From Daphnia carinata (lineage: Eukaryota): a DNA stretch of 64,000 nt. A program made the translations under genes and the position numbers. Every line of letters begins with the position of its first letter. Position 1 is the first letter of the stretch. The notes below the pieces were generated by a model. That model ran no database searches. It was not told the origin of the DNA and worked only from the letters and a program-made list of their open reading frames with translations. The stretch covers positions 13,702,001 through 13,766,000 of the forward strand of contig NC_081331.1 of NCBI RefSeq assembly GCF_022539665.2. The letters are read 5' to 3'. Positions 27,597 to 39,283 of this stretch are shown piece by piece.

Positions 27597-30233
27597 ATGA
27601 AAACAAGTCATTTCATCGGATTCTTTTTCGTTCTCTTACACGCCCACCGAACATCAGCCTTGAGTAAGTTGTGTAAATCTGTTGCCTTGTATTGTTTGCT
27701 TTCTGATAATCAATAACCCCTACGCAAGAATTGATAGCGAAAAGATTGCGTCACGGTGCGCAGGGCAATCTGATAGAATTCAATTTAAGAAACTGCTATT
27801 TTTTTTTCTGCAGAAGTAAAATGACATACATTTTAAAACTATTTTCAACCAATTATTGAAATAAGGTTGCGGTTGGCCTGGTAAACCGGTTGGCGGCATT
27901 CTCGTGAGCGCCTCTTTGCCAACACCGCTTCAAGACGACATTCCGTCTTTCGGACGGGCTTACGTGCCGACAAACCGTGTCCTTTCCTACGAGTACCAGT
28001 TCCAGGAAGGCCAAGTCGTTGCTTACCAATGTCACACTTCCAGGCTGGATGTCCTGACTGGAACATATTCTAACCGAACTTGTCAAAGCGACGGCAGATG
28101 GAGTGGAACTCGACCGTGGTGTGGTAAGCATTTCAGAAATCAAACATTAATTTCTTCAATTTTTTTTATCTTTTGGGTAAACTATGGATCAGTGCGTGTA
28201 ACGAATCCAATGTCTAATCGGTACAAAAAAAATTATCTTTAGATTTGAACGTGGCCTACGGTAAAACAGTTAACTATGCCGGGCTTGAAACATCGCGGGT
28301 TGTTACGTTATCGGACACGTTAATGACGGACGGCCTGATTGACAGTGAAGACCCTCTCAACACAGCAGAATGTCCTTCATTAGCCAGAGGAGGAGGGGCT
28401 TATTTCACCGTCAATCTCGGCGAAGAAATGCCCGTCCGTGTTGTCGGTATTTTCGGCAAAAAAGGTAAGCATACTTTCATTAAAATCCCCCCCAATAAAA
28501 TTCATTTTTCGTTTCATAAAAAAAAGGTGAGGGCATGAACAATCTGGAAAACAAGAAAGTCACTCTTGGATCAGCAAACTGCCCACAGAGGACGGGCAAC
28601 GCTTCGGCTTTCGGTTATCAGTGCAACCAGGCAATGTCACAAGCGACCACGTCGAACCTGGTGGGTAGCACGGTCCGTTTCGAGCACAGCAGCACGTTTG
28701 TCGTCGATATTTGCGAAGTAGTCATTTACGCCAATCCTAGTACGTTAATTTGAGTGAAATGAAATCTTTAAAATAAAATTATATAAGTATTCGATTTGAA
28801 CTGACAGCGTTAGCTGATTGCGGAGAGCCGGAAATTCCGGCCTTTGGAGAGGTGACAATCACGACGGCTTCGTTATACCAAGAGGCTCGGTATAATTGCC
28901 GCGTTGGTTACGAACTGCAGGGCACTAACCTTCGTACTTGTTACGGTCGTGACTGGGCCGGCGAACAACCCATCTGTAACTCCATAAATTATAAACATTA
29001 AGCTTATTTTCAAATCTAGCTTTACTAACGTGGCTCTATCTCTCTTTGATCAGGTGTGGAGATCTACGTTCCACCGTCTACCGAGTATACATTTCTTTCG
29101 ATAGGTTTAATTAAGGAACTACGCGTAAATCTCATATTAATTTTGCTTTTTATTTCAGGGTCAACTACAATTCCACGACAACGTTTCCCGGAGGTGATGG
29201 GTCGTCGAATGGTGGGGGACTGGACCCATTCCAAATCGTTTTGATCGTCGTTTGCGTGGCTTTGGCTATCGGCTTGATTGTGGCCTTGATCGTCCTTCTC
29301 TATTACGGAAGGTTAGTTAACCAAACACATACAAAATTGAACTGAAAAACGATTCGAATCGTTCATTACGAATCGTGATTCTTGATTTCGTGTAAAATTC
29401 CTACAGATTGAATTGCTGCGGAACATGCTGTGAATCCAAAAATCGGTTATTGATTACATTCTATACTTTGCAGGCGATCAATTAATTAAAATTTAAATTA
29501 AATAATACATTTATTTTAACTAAATTTTTCCAGAATATCTTGCTGTGGAACGGCTGGTAATAAATTCGCTAAAAAATTGAGTAAGAAGAAGAAACCGTCG
29601 TCCAACGATCAGCGTGATTATCAGAAAGTGGCCACGCCACAAACCAAGCCGGCCACGTCAGCTACTGCCGCCGCTTCCAAGGCGATGCAAGATGCCAGCA
29701 AGAGGGAAGCTGCCCTAGCGGCTGCCGAACAAGAACGACGGGCAGAAGAGGAGGATTTCATCAACACTCGGTTGGCTTATCAAAACGAGAGGGCAGTTGC
29801 TCCTCAGCAGATGCAGCGAAAAGCCGCACCGACTCCGGACTCGTCGGCCAATCCGACGCCGCTGACGACGCCCCAGATACCCAAGAATCCGCCTATTACT
29901 TACGCAGAGTTATCCCATGAACCGACGCGACGACTTCCGGAATCCCCTGCGACGCTGCATTCGCTGTCCAACCCGTCAAATCCGGTTGCTGAACCCGAAT
30001 ACGCTCAAGTAAAGATGCGGCCTGGCAGCAGAAATAGCAAAAACAATGCTCAAGTAAACAATGACGGGGCAGCGTCAGATACGACGGATGTGAGCACGAC
30101 GTCACCGCCCGCACGCAAGTCGTACATCCCATCCATTTACCTCAAAGAGTCACCCGATGTGCAGATGAAGCAACAAGCGTTGAACAATCAGCTCAAAGAA
30201 GCTGTTCGAATCAGTCGCAACACCGATTTTTAA
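27597..30233 (+). CDS. Type I membrane receptor: sushi / F-type-lectin(F5/8)-like / sushi / TM / Tyr-motif tail
   Basis: Signal peptide MKTSHFIGFFFVLLHAH; CCP ..VAYQC..RTCQSDGRWSGTRPWC; NVAYGK..DG..FTVNLG..VVDICEVVIY; CCP DCGEPEIP..YNCRVGYELQGTNLRTCYGRDWAGEQPIC; TM FQIVLIVVCVALAIGLIVALIVLLYY; tail with ITYAEL and PEYAQV. Confidence 0.82.
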
Positions 30234-30803
30234 TTCAAGTTGATATGCAAACACTCCCAAAATTAGTGATTTCTCTTGTTCATGTTTTTCTTTTCTTTAC
30301 TCCTTTCATTCATTTTTCAGTATTTCAGTACGCAATTTCAAAAAAAATTAATGAAAATTAATAAATAAAGGCTCGTTATCAAAAATAGGGTAATTTTCGT
30401 ATACACATTATGTTGTTACGGTTACCATTTTAACGTCAACGACGTGAGAAAATACAAGAATTTCAAATATGTATTAACTCTTTTTTGAACATCAATACGA
30501 ATGCTGTGTATATAAACGAAAATCTTGCTGGTTTTCATTCGAGTTATATGGCAGTTGCTAGCTCACTGATTGGCTGAATACAACCGCGAATTTTCCGGCA
30601 AAATACACCAACGAAATGCGGTCGAATAGATAAGATTAGAATTCGGTTTTAACAGACACGCGCTTAAATGTTGTATTGAAAAGTTTTCTTTCCTTGTACA
30701 TACATATACAGTTGCTTCGAACGTGCCATAAGTTTGTGACAACAAGTATCGGCGATCCCATTAGTTAAACACATTAGATAAGGTTGCGGATGACTTGGTT
30801 GTC

Positions 30804-32419
30804 ATGGTACTGACACGTAGTTATTGCGGAATAATTACAGCCGGAATCGCAGTCGTAATGACGATCGTGTCCGTTGCAGGTCAGTTATATTGGTCAGACT
30901 GTTCACGTGGTGAGTAAATTAATAGTGAATTATCTCAACATCTGAGTCCTTCATAATCGTTTTATTTTTATTTAGGTGGATGCAGGCCACCAAACAATTT
31001 ACCGAGTTCGGTAGGGTTCGTCCTGACGAGGAACTTTGCCGAAGTCTATGACATTTCGTCTTCTTGCTTTCCGTTATACACCACACTGCTTTACGTTTGC
31101 AAAGATCATAACACCCATCAGTTCACACCAACACTTTTTGGTAGTCACTTGCTGAATCGGAAATGTGCCGGGAACGGATGGTTGGATGACAGTGGTGTTA
31201 CAAGACAGCCCCCAAAATGCGGCAAGTTATCATTTGAATTTTTATTTGGCAAGATCACATGAAACGAAAATCTTTATCGTATACATTGGATTACAGAGCA
31301 GAGGAAGCGGCATTGTTTGTGGCCGCCTGTCCCAATCGGTCCAAATATTTTTGTCCAAATCGACAGCCAAAATGTCAGCATCGCGGACAGCAATGCGCAC
31401 ACAGTACGTTATTATTCAGAGGGCACAATAGCCACATACAAGTGCATGTACCCTAAATCTGTGGGCATCGATAAAGTCCAACAAACTTGGCGTTGTACTG
31501 CTATAGAAGAAAGAAACAATCAATGGACATGGTGGAATCCCTCCTCTCGTCGTATCACCTATTGGAAATGGATAAGCTGGAATGCCCAAGAATTGTTTTG
31601 CGGTAAAAACAGTGTCCTCAATTTTACTCATTTATGGGTAGTTATACTTAAATCTGCTCGATGTGATGGGCAAATCCTAGCCGATTAGAACATTTCTTGC
31701 TTATGGATTAATCTTCATTAACCCCAATTCGGCCCAAGATCTAAATGTATTCCCAAATTACAAATATTTATAGAAGCATGTTAGTTGGAATAGAAATGAT
31801 TTTACGGAATGATGCAAAAACTAATATGTTTATAAAAAAAAGGATCTCCAGACCAGCCTCTAGACATAACCCCCACAAGCACGGAGGAGCACGCAACCGC
31901 AAAGACAACTAGTATTTTCACAACAGAAACTTCGTTCACGTTCGGCCATAACGAGTTCGACTTTATTGACTTTACAGACCCGCAACAAACAACGCAACCT
32001 TACATAATCACCGGCATTTGCGGCGCGGTGGCATTTGTCTTGATTGCCCTTCTTCTTGGTGTTTGCTATCAGAACAGGTATGCTGATGTTAACCGGCCCT
32101 ACTTCCGTTGATTATTCATTTTGAATTTTTTTGTTCTCAAAGAGTCATATTTGGTAAGAGATACCGTGATAATGCCGACTGCGTTAGTCAACGTTCATTG
32201 GCTCCCATAATGGAAGCGCAAACAAACTGTTACCAAAGTAACGAAGAAAATTCTAATTATGTCAATATCATACCGATTAAAGTAAACAGCGAGGCCATTT
32301 ACACCGAAGTGGAAACCGGGAAGGTTGGTCATGACAAAAAAATAGACACCAAAGTTAAATATACCGTTCATGAAGACCAGCTACAAACAGTTTATGCTGA
32401 AATACATCACCCAAAATAG
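30804..32419 (+). CDS. Type I membrane protein with two divergent sushi-like domains and a Tyr-motif tail
   Basis: Signal peptide MVLTRSYCGIITAGIAVVMTIVSVA; CRPP..LYVCK..RKCAGNGW..PKC; CLWPP..YSEGTIATYKC..WRC..FC; Thr-rich stalk; TM YIITGICGAVAFVLIALLLGVCY; tail with YVNI, IYTEV, TVYAEI. Confidence 0.75.
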
Positions 32420-32736
32420 TCGTCCCATACCAATGTCGAAGAGAATGAATTTTTTTTAAGTGTGACCTAATATTGTCTCAAAGCAGTGTAATACAAAGGT
32501 TGAATAAAACGGTGTCAAAATTACGAATGCATAGATGAAGCAAACAAGTTGAGATTCTAAAAGTTTTTTTTTTTTTAATAAATAGTCAGCGCAAGATGGG
32601 TAAAAATAGGCACCGGTTATCAGTTTTTTTTTTTAAAATACGACAGTGCGTGATATTAGACATCTTTACAAATCTACATTCCAAGTGCGCTTGTTTAGCG
32701 ATAACAAAGGCTGCTAGCCGCACGTCTCGTACCACG

Positions 32737-33763
32737 TCAACCTACACCCCTGCAAGATAAAAAGGCATCAACGTTCACCCTTGTTGCTATTCAAAATTTT
32801 CAAAAAAAAAATTTTTTTAAAAAATGTTCTTTGTTGTATGGGCATACCATTTCGTTTTGATGTGGCCCGTTTTATCGACGCCAATCGTATTACGATTTGA
32901 AGCGTACTGGCCGATGGCGCCCAGCATCAAGTATTCCTCTTGCGTTCCATTACCGGCGATCTCGGACGAATTGAATGATGCCTCCCATTTGGCCGAATGG
33001 TTCGGGCTAGTCAATCCCGTAATGATGACTATAACAAGCACTGCAAATACAATGTACAAATTGAAAGAATGAGCTGTTTAGTATTTGTTTTGTCTGTCCT
33101 TCTGCATAAGAATGTAACTGGCATTAAGTCGCAGCTGGTTGCAGGATGTTTAAGGGAAAACGAAGGATTTCCTAGTTTAACTGTAATTTAGAACATCTAA
33201 TGTTGTCATGGCTATGTTGCGTGGGCGTGTTTACTTATTTGCGGTATAAGAATAAACATTGAACGCAGTGCTTTTCGCCTGGTGTAAATAAATAGAACGG
33301 TCGGTTACACGGTTCACAAAAACGAAACGAACAATGAATCAGCTTCGACGTTCTGTATAGTCCAAATGGCTGAGGCTAGCGAACCCGCAAGAAAATAAAA
33401 TGAAAACATTCCGGAACCGCATTCGTACAAGATGATCTAATTGACTACAGTTAGAGGTAAATATAAGCAAAGCTTATAAGAACAAATCTGATGTATAACG
33501 ATTAAATGAAAATGCATTCATTATTCAAAGGTATATAGATGGAACCTATCCCTTGACTTAATGCTCTTCCGGACACTCATAGCCTAACTATCAAGGAAAA
33601 AGAAATTTGCAATGACACAACACTTTAAAAATTACAAATTTCGATCTGCTTTGGGTAACATTTAGCAGGTTACATTAGCAATATCAAGCGCATATTTACC
33701 TATGAAAACGACCACACCAAATGCCAAGCATTTGCCTTTCACGTTGTCTAAGTCGAGCAACAT
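32737..33763 (-). CDS. Small single-TM protein, KxKW family (member 1)
   Basis: Exons 33763-33700, 33040-32848, 32749-32737 give MLLDLDNVKGKCLAFGVVVFIVLVIVIITGLTSP..LGAIGQYASNRNTIGVDKTGHIKTKWGVG*. Paralogous to 62490-63285. Confidence 0.72.
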
Positions 33764-35171
33764 TCTCTGTTGCTCGGGATGTGGATTCTTTTAAACTTTG
33801 TAGTCGATACAGGGCAGCTGGCTAATAGGATCACAATTCCAAGTTCTTAGTAGGACCGGAAACTGAACGAAGACGAGCCCGGTGGAGCATCCGTGTGCCG
33901 ATGAAGCCGACTGAAATCTGGTGCAACAGCATCGCTCGACGTCCACGACTATACCTCTCACACAAACGAGGCTGAGACTAGCCACCGTCCAAGCGATAAC
34001 AGCATGGACCTGACGACGCATAGTCCTTAAAATTGCCTATTTGAAAAAGCGTATGTTCATGCTTACATTCCTTGCTTACTTATCTTTCCTGTTCATTCAA
34101 TGTTTCGGGCAGGTTGGGATTGTTACACCATGCAATACCAACTTCTAAGTGCCGTTCTGACGTAGGATGAATCGACAATACTACGTCGAAAACGACTAAA
34201 AAAGAATGTAGAACTGGACTATAATCCTCGGATTTCCTATGCGTGACGATGAGTAAAACGATGGACCTTAAAGCGGAAGAGACAACGGGGGAGTATCTAG
34301 GAATATTTTGTTAAAGGTCGCAAGACAAAAGCCGCCTGATAAAGACGACTTATTCGTAAGGTTGCTTAATTTCCGATGCACCTGAAAATTAGGGTCTATC
34401 CAAAGGAAATGTCTTCCATTTCCACACGAAATTCCTGACAAGTCCAAACGTTAAATGAAATGATTTCGTTGACGGAACTAGATGCCCAGATCTCGTCGGT
34501 AATGAGATTCAACCTCGCTACGTATCGCCAACGTCAAATAATAGCAACAATGACGTCATCACGATGTGCAAACAAGAGCACTATAAGTAAACATTTAGCT
34601 CACACTAGGAACAGGAAATGGAACGGAATCTGTAACCTTCTATGGCAGTGATCAACTAATGTTGATCACGAGGCAGTTGCCGACTCAGCCTTTTTTTTTA
34701 TTGACGTCAGTGATTACACATCAGGAGTGGTACAGAGTGGAATCCCGAGATTTTGATCACGCTTCTTTCTTACTTCGAGCATCACCCGTTGTCCTAAAAG
34801 CCTGACTCATTCGCTTGGAATAGCTTATCTGGAACATTCTTGATACGTAAACTGTTCGATTATTGTATAAGCTTTTAAACTATAACTTGCAACGTGAAAC
34901 TGATAGTCCTTATGGACCCGTAGTGAGATTCATTACTCTTGTTATATGCACCTTGTTATATGTATGACTACCGGCCTGCTAGTACAGTAAGGAAAACAAA
35001 AACTTACGGGTTTCGAAGAGGGTCACATATCCCGATCATAAGCGTCTGCATCCACGAGCCGTCTTTCAGGCCGTGGGGAGGCTAACGAACAGCCTACGTT
35101 CAACGATCACCTCTTCTCTACCTTTCAGCTTGTGGTTCGATCTTCAAGGTAGTGAACAGTACTACAGATCG

Positions 35172-35272
35172 ATTTTTAGCCTGGCAAGGCTATTTTTGCC
35201 ATTTTTAGCCTGGCAAGGCTTTTTTTTGCCATTTTTAGCCTGGCAAGGCTTTTTTTTGGTGTGCCATTTAGC
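35172..35272. repeat. ~30-bp minisatellite, three units plus a partial
   Basis: tttttagcctggcaaggct(t/a)tttt..gcca repeated, followed by a T/C-rich low-complexity tract. Confidence 0.85.
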
Positions 35273-35504
35273 CCCTTTATAATAGTAGGCATGGCTCTTC
35301 TTTTTTTCTCTTTTCTTTTCTTTCTTCTTGTTTTTTCTCTTCTTTTTTTTCTTTCTTCTTGTTTTCTCTCTTCTTTTTTTCTTTCTTGAAGGCGTAGAAT
35401 CTTGCGTCTTGATCCGTTGTAGAAGCTTGCGTAATCCGATGAGATGAAATATCTTGCGTATCTTCAATGAAGAATTGGAGGGGAAGGGAGGGAGGGAGGG
35501 AAAT

Positions 35505-35578
35505 TGGCGGTGTCGGGACTTGAACCCGGGGCCTTCAGAATGCGAAGCGAAGGTGGTAACCACTGTGCCAGGACCGCA
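35505..35578 (-). pseudogene. tRNA-like sequence (degenerate tRNA or SINE head), copy 1
   Basis: GCGGTCCTGGCACAGTGGTTACCACC..CCGGGTTCAAGTCCCGACACCGCCA: A/B boxes and T-arm present; acceptor and anticodon stems imperfect. Confidence 0.6.
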
Positions 35579-35919
35579 CATCTCAACCAAATTTATTTTT
35601 CATCGACCTTCGTTCTAATACCGGAGCTATATAATATGTGACTAATAGTGGTGTCGCGCTGTGGTATGGCGCTGTGGTATAGCACTGAGATCATACGTCA
35701 ACTGTCCGTGTTCGCCATTGCTTCAACATTTTTTTAATTATTTTTATAAATGTAAATAAAAAAAATAAAATAACCCATTTTATTTATTTTAGAACAGTAT
35801 TAAAACGAACACATTTTTAAAGCAATTAACCAGTGCCCGTCAAAGCCAAACAAGTTACCAGAAAAATTTAAATTGGCAATGGAAGCAGCGATAACAAACT
35901 GCATGGAGGGCTTGGAAAC

Positions 35920-35993
35920 TGGATGTTGCGGGACTTGTACCCGGGACCGACAGAATATAAAGCGTGGGTGATAACCACTGTGCCAGGACCGTA
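35920..35993 (-). pseudogene. tRNA-like sequence, more decayed copy 2
   Basis: Shares GGTCCTGGCACAGTGGTTA and CCCGGGT.CAAGTCCCG with copy 1; flanks also similar (~415 bp period). Confidence 0.55.
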
Positions 35994-36792
35994 CATTCAA
36001 ATCAAATTTTGCTTTGGGTGTCACCCATTCAGATAGGCAGCTTATGTAATGTATATGGCAAGTGAATGAAGTATGGTGTTCTGGTATAGTTTACAGCTGC
36101 CGTGCTGATTCCACTGGTTCCAATCTTTGTTATTATCCATTTAATTTTTTATTTATTTGGAAAAGGTGGTTTCCGTCTTTTAGCATACACTATGGTAACT
36201 AACCCCCTGTTTTTTTTGTTATTTCCATGAATAGCGTTGTATCCATAACGTTGTGATTCTGGATTAATTCATTATTTTAATATTAACACCGCAACGCCGA
36301 CAGCGTGATGGCTCCTGGTCCTATCCATTTCGTGGCAGCCTATGATGGTTTTCGAATCCTTACTTTACCTAGAACCTTGAATTATCAAGAACGCCCCGAA
36401 CTCATCTTTCTACCCTCTGCATGGTATACTCAGGTGAACACCTTGGAGTTAGTCAGGAATTGGCGCTGGTATGTGCGTGCACGTCCAATTTTCATTTGAG
36501 TGAATTTGACGGTAAAGCGCTCACGCAACTACCGACATTGGAAACAATTGCAGTTTAAATCGAACCACACGCGCCATCCATTTTTTTCACTTCCTTAATT
36601 TCAACAATATTGATGATTTTCAATCAATAAAAACGCGGAACAACAAACAGAATGACACATTTGTATAGCCTTCTGTTGCATTGTAAGCCATATTTCTATG
36701 GCTACCGACGGACACGTTTAGCACAGGAATAAATAGATTTCATTTGTCTTCAGGACGGGCAGTACACGCTCGGCTAACACCACTTCCTCACC

Positions 36793-38322
36793 ATGTCTGT
36801 GTTTGATCAGTTACGTCCATTCGTCAGCCTTTGTCAAGCTTGCGGAATGTTTCCTTATACAATTGAAGAAAACTTAACTACAAAGAAATTTGCGAAATTC
36901 AGCTTCTCTTTCAGGCATGCGATCACCTGGTGGTTCTTGATGGTCATCAGTTTGCAAGTGACCGTTAGCGTCGGCATCATATATTCATCTATGGAGCAAA
37001 TAGGCAACTTGACAAGTGACCAAAACATGCCAATCACGGCTACCATTTTATTTGCCGTCAACTGGCCTTTCTACATATTGCAAATGTTCACAACTCGCTG
37101 GATCGTGTTCCATTATCGTCGGCTTCGAAACGTAGTGAATACCGTGCAAGAAGTGGAAAGGCTTTTCGGAGAAGAATTTGTTGTGAGGCACAAGAGCTCA
37201 ATTACGAAAATATTTATTATCAGCTTCATTTTCATTGTTACAATAGTTAGCAAACATGGAAGATGATTTCGAAATATAGGTTTTTAAAAACCTCTTTGCT
37301 TACATTTCAGGGTATAGGTGTGCTGGTTGTTATGGTGCCAGTTTACAGCTCGTTCAGTGTGGCAGATATGAACTGGATGTTCGTTGCAGCTTTCCTTTCA
37401 ATTGTGGCATTAAACAGCGTCATGTTTGACAGTACATTCCTTTTGATTCACCTGTCTTATTACATTATTGGCCATTACATGCGGCTCGTCTTGTGGGAAC
37501 CCATTGAGAACAGTGGCGAATTTAATCGGACTCCAAGCGAAAGGTGTCATTATATTTAGAATTCCGTGTTTTGACTTGAAGTAAATCTTTATGATTTTCA
37601 GGACAAGAAGAATGCAATGGCTGAAACAAAATGTCCTGATATTCGATTATCTTTGTCGAGCCACTTCGGAGCTGAACGATATTTTCGCGTTCCCTGTTTT
37701 TTACATTGTGACTACGAAATTTATCTTTGTTGTCAGTATGGCTTATGCCCAGATACAAATTATTATTCATCCAAACGTTGTTTTGGGAAATTACTGGTTG
37801 ATGTTTCCTTTCCAATTCGTAGTGGACTGGGCCCGAATATTGGTAGTTCTTACTGCCGCCGATATACCTGCCAAACAGGTTAAGCTATTAAATAATTGAT
37901 ACGAATAACAATATAATCACGCTAAATTTTGGTCATTAGGTTAATCTTCTCCATGAAAGAGTAATTGTCACGTCCTGTTCCGGATTTTACCAAACATTAG
38001 ATGAAAATATTTCAGTCCGCTTTCAATTACAATATAAACTTTCTGCATTAATAAATTGGCCTGCTTTAATGACGATTACTTACGTTTTAGGTTGCAACTA
38101 TCCTAATGCAAATTGACGAAAATCGCGTCCGCTTGTCGGCTTTTGGGCTGTTTAATGTCGGTACTCATCTTATCCCAGCAGTAAGTTTACACTTCTTCTA
38201 AATCATTTGGCTGATGTTTGGATATCCATATTTCATCAATTAAGTTATTGTACCTCATGTATCTGAATTTTCAGCTAATGGGCGCGGCCGTGACTTACCT
38301 GGTTATTCTTATTCAGAATTAG
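36793..38322 (+). CDS. Gustatory receptor (7TM chemoreceptor)
   Basis: MSVFDQLRPFVSLCQACGMFPY; multiple TM segments; ELNDIFAFP; C-terminal RLSAFGLFNVGTHLIPALMGAAVTYLVILIQN* with the three short phase-0 terminal introns typical of Grs. Confidence 0.92.
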
Positions 38323-39283
38323 CAAATTTTAAAAAAGTTGTGTCTTAGTCAAAGACGAGTTAATCTGGCTTACCCAACACAAGAACTGCTCCATCTCCTT
38401 GTACTTCATACACATCGTATCAGACCCACCCAAAACCCTTCTACAACTTCGATGGAACGCTGCATGTACCCAATGGCTCCTAAGTTTGCAAATTGTAAAG
38501 CTCTAGGACGCACTTTGTTTGGATTGTCAGCAACAATTAAGATGTCTTTTATTAATAAGCAAATAAATGGCCCTAAAACTTTATCGAGATCCATATTATT
38601 TATGCATTCGTAGCGTATCACGCTAGCTTCGTGCATTCTAGCTCTTTCAATCATTCCTGAGCTGATGCATCTAATGCACTTGGTAATCTGCCAGCCTATC
38701 AGATTTTTCTTACTTCAAGTCCCCTCCATTCGCCCGCGTGACTTGTTCGCTTCGATTAGCTTATCTGGTACTTCTTAATCTGTGAAATGTATTGATTACG
38801 ACGTTTGCTGCTCTTAAGATATGACTTGCTGCAACCTGCTATCCGATAGCCTTGAATGTGGGTCTGAAAAAGGTTTCCTCTCCCCCTGCGGTAAGACCTG
38901 TTTTTTGGTACCCTTACCTTTTTGTTTGAATATTGTTATCTTGATATAGAATATGGAAGTTGATATGTATGGGGAGAACATGGAAAACCTTAGACGAAGG
39001 CGGCTGGGAACAAAACCGCCAACACTTATCAGTCACTATAGTTTTGTTTCAGCGGGCAAACCTCTGTTTATATCTTGAAAGATTCAAGCAGTGTTATCAG
39101 CAGCCAACGGAATCTTGCAGATAGAATACCGGCAACGGTCAAGGAAATGGCGTCGACTAGAAGTTTCGTTCGAGAATAGCGAACACCACAGTTTCTTGGC
39201 TGTTTTATATCCTACATCTATGCGTTTAAGTGCAAGATCATTTTTTTAATGCTTCAGCATTCGTTGATTAACAGAAAAAGGCA

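Noticed and set aside
35172..35272. CRISPR-like ~30-bp palindromic repeats
   Set aside because: The units are contiguous with no unique spacers, the context is eukaryotic, and there are no cas genes.
35162..35590. 142-aa Lys-rich ORF on the minus strand
   Set aside because: It is the antisense reading of a T/C tract, a minisatellite and a tRNA-like sequence.
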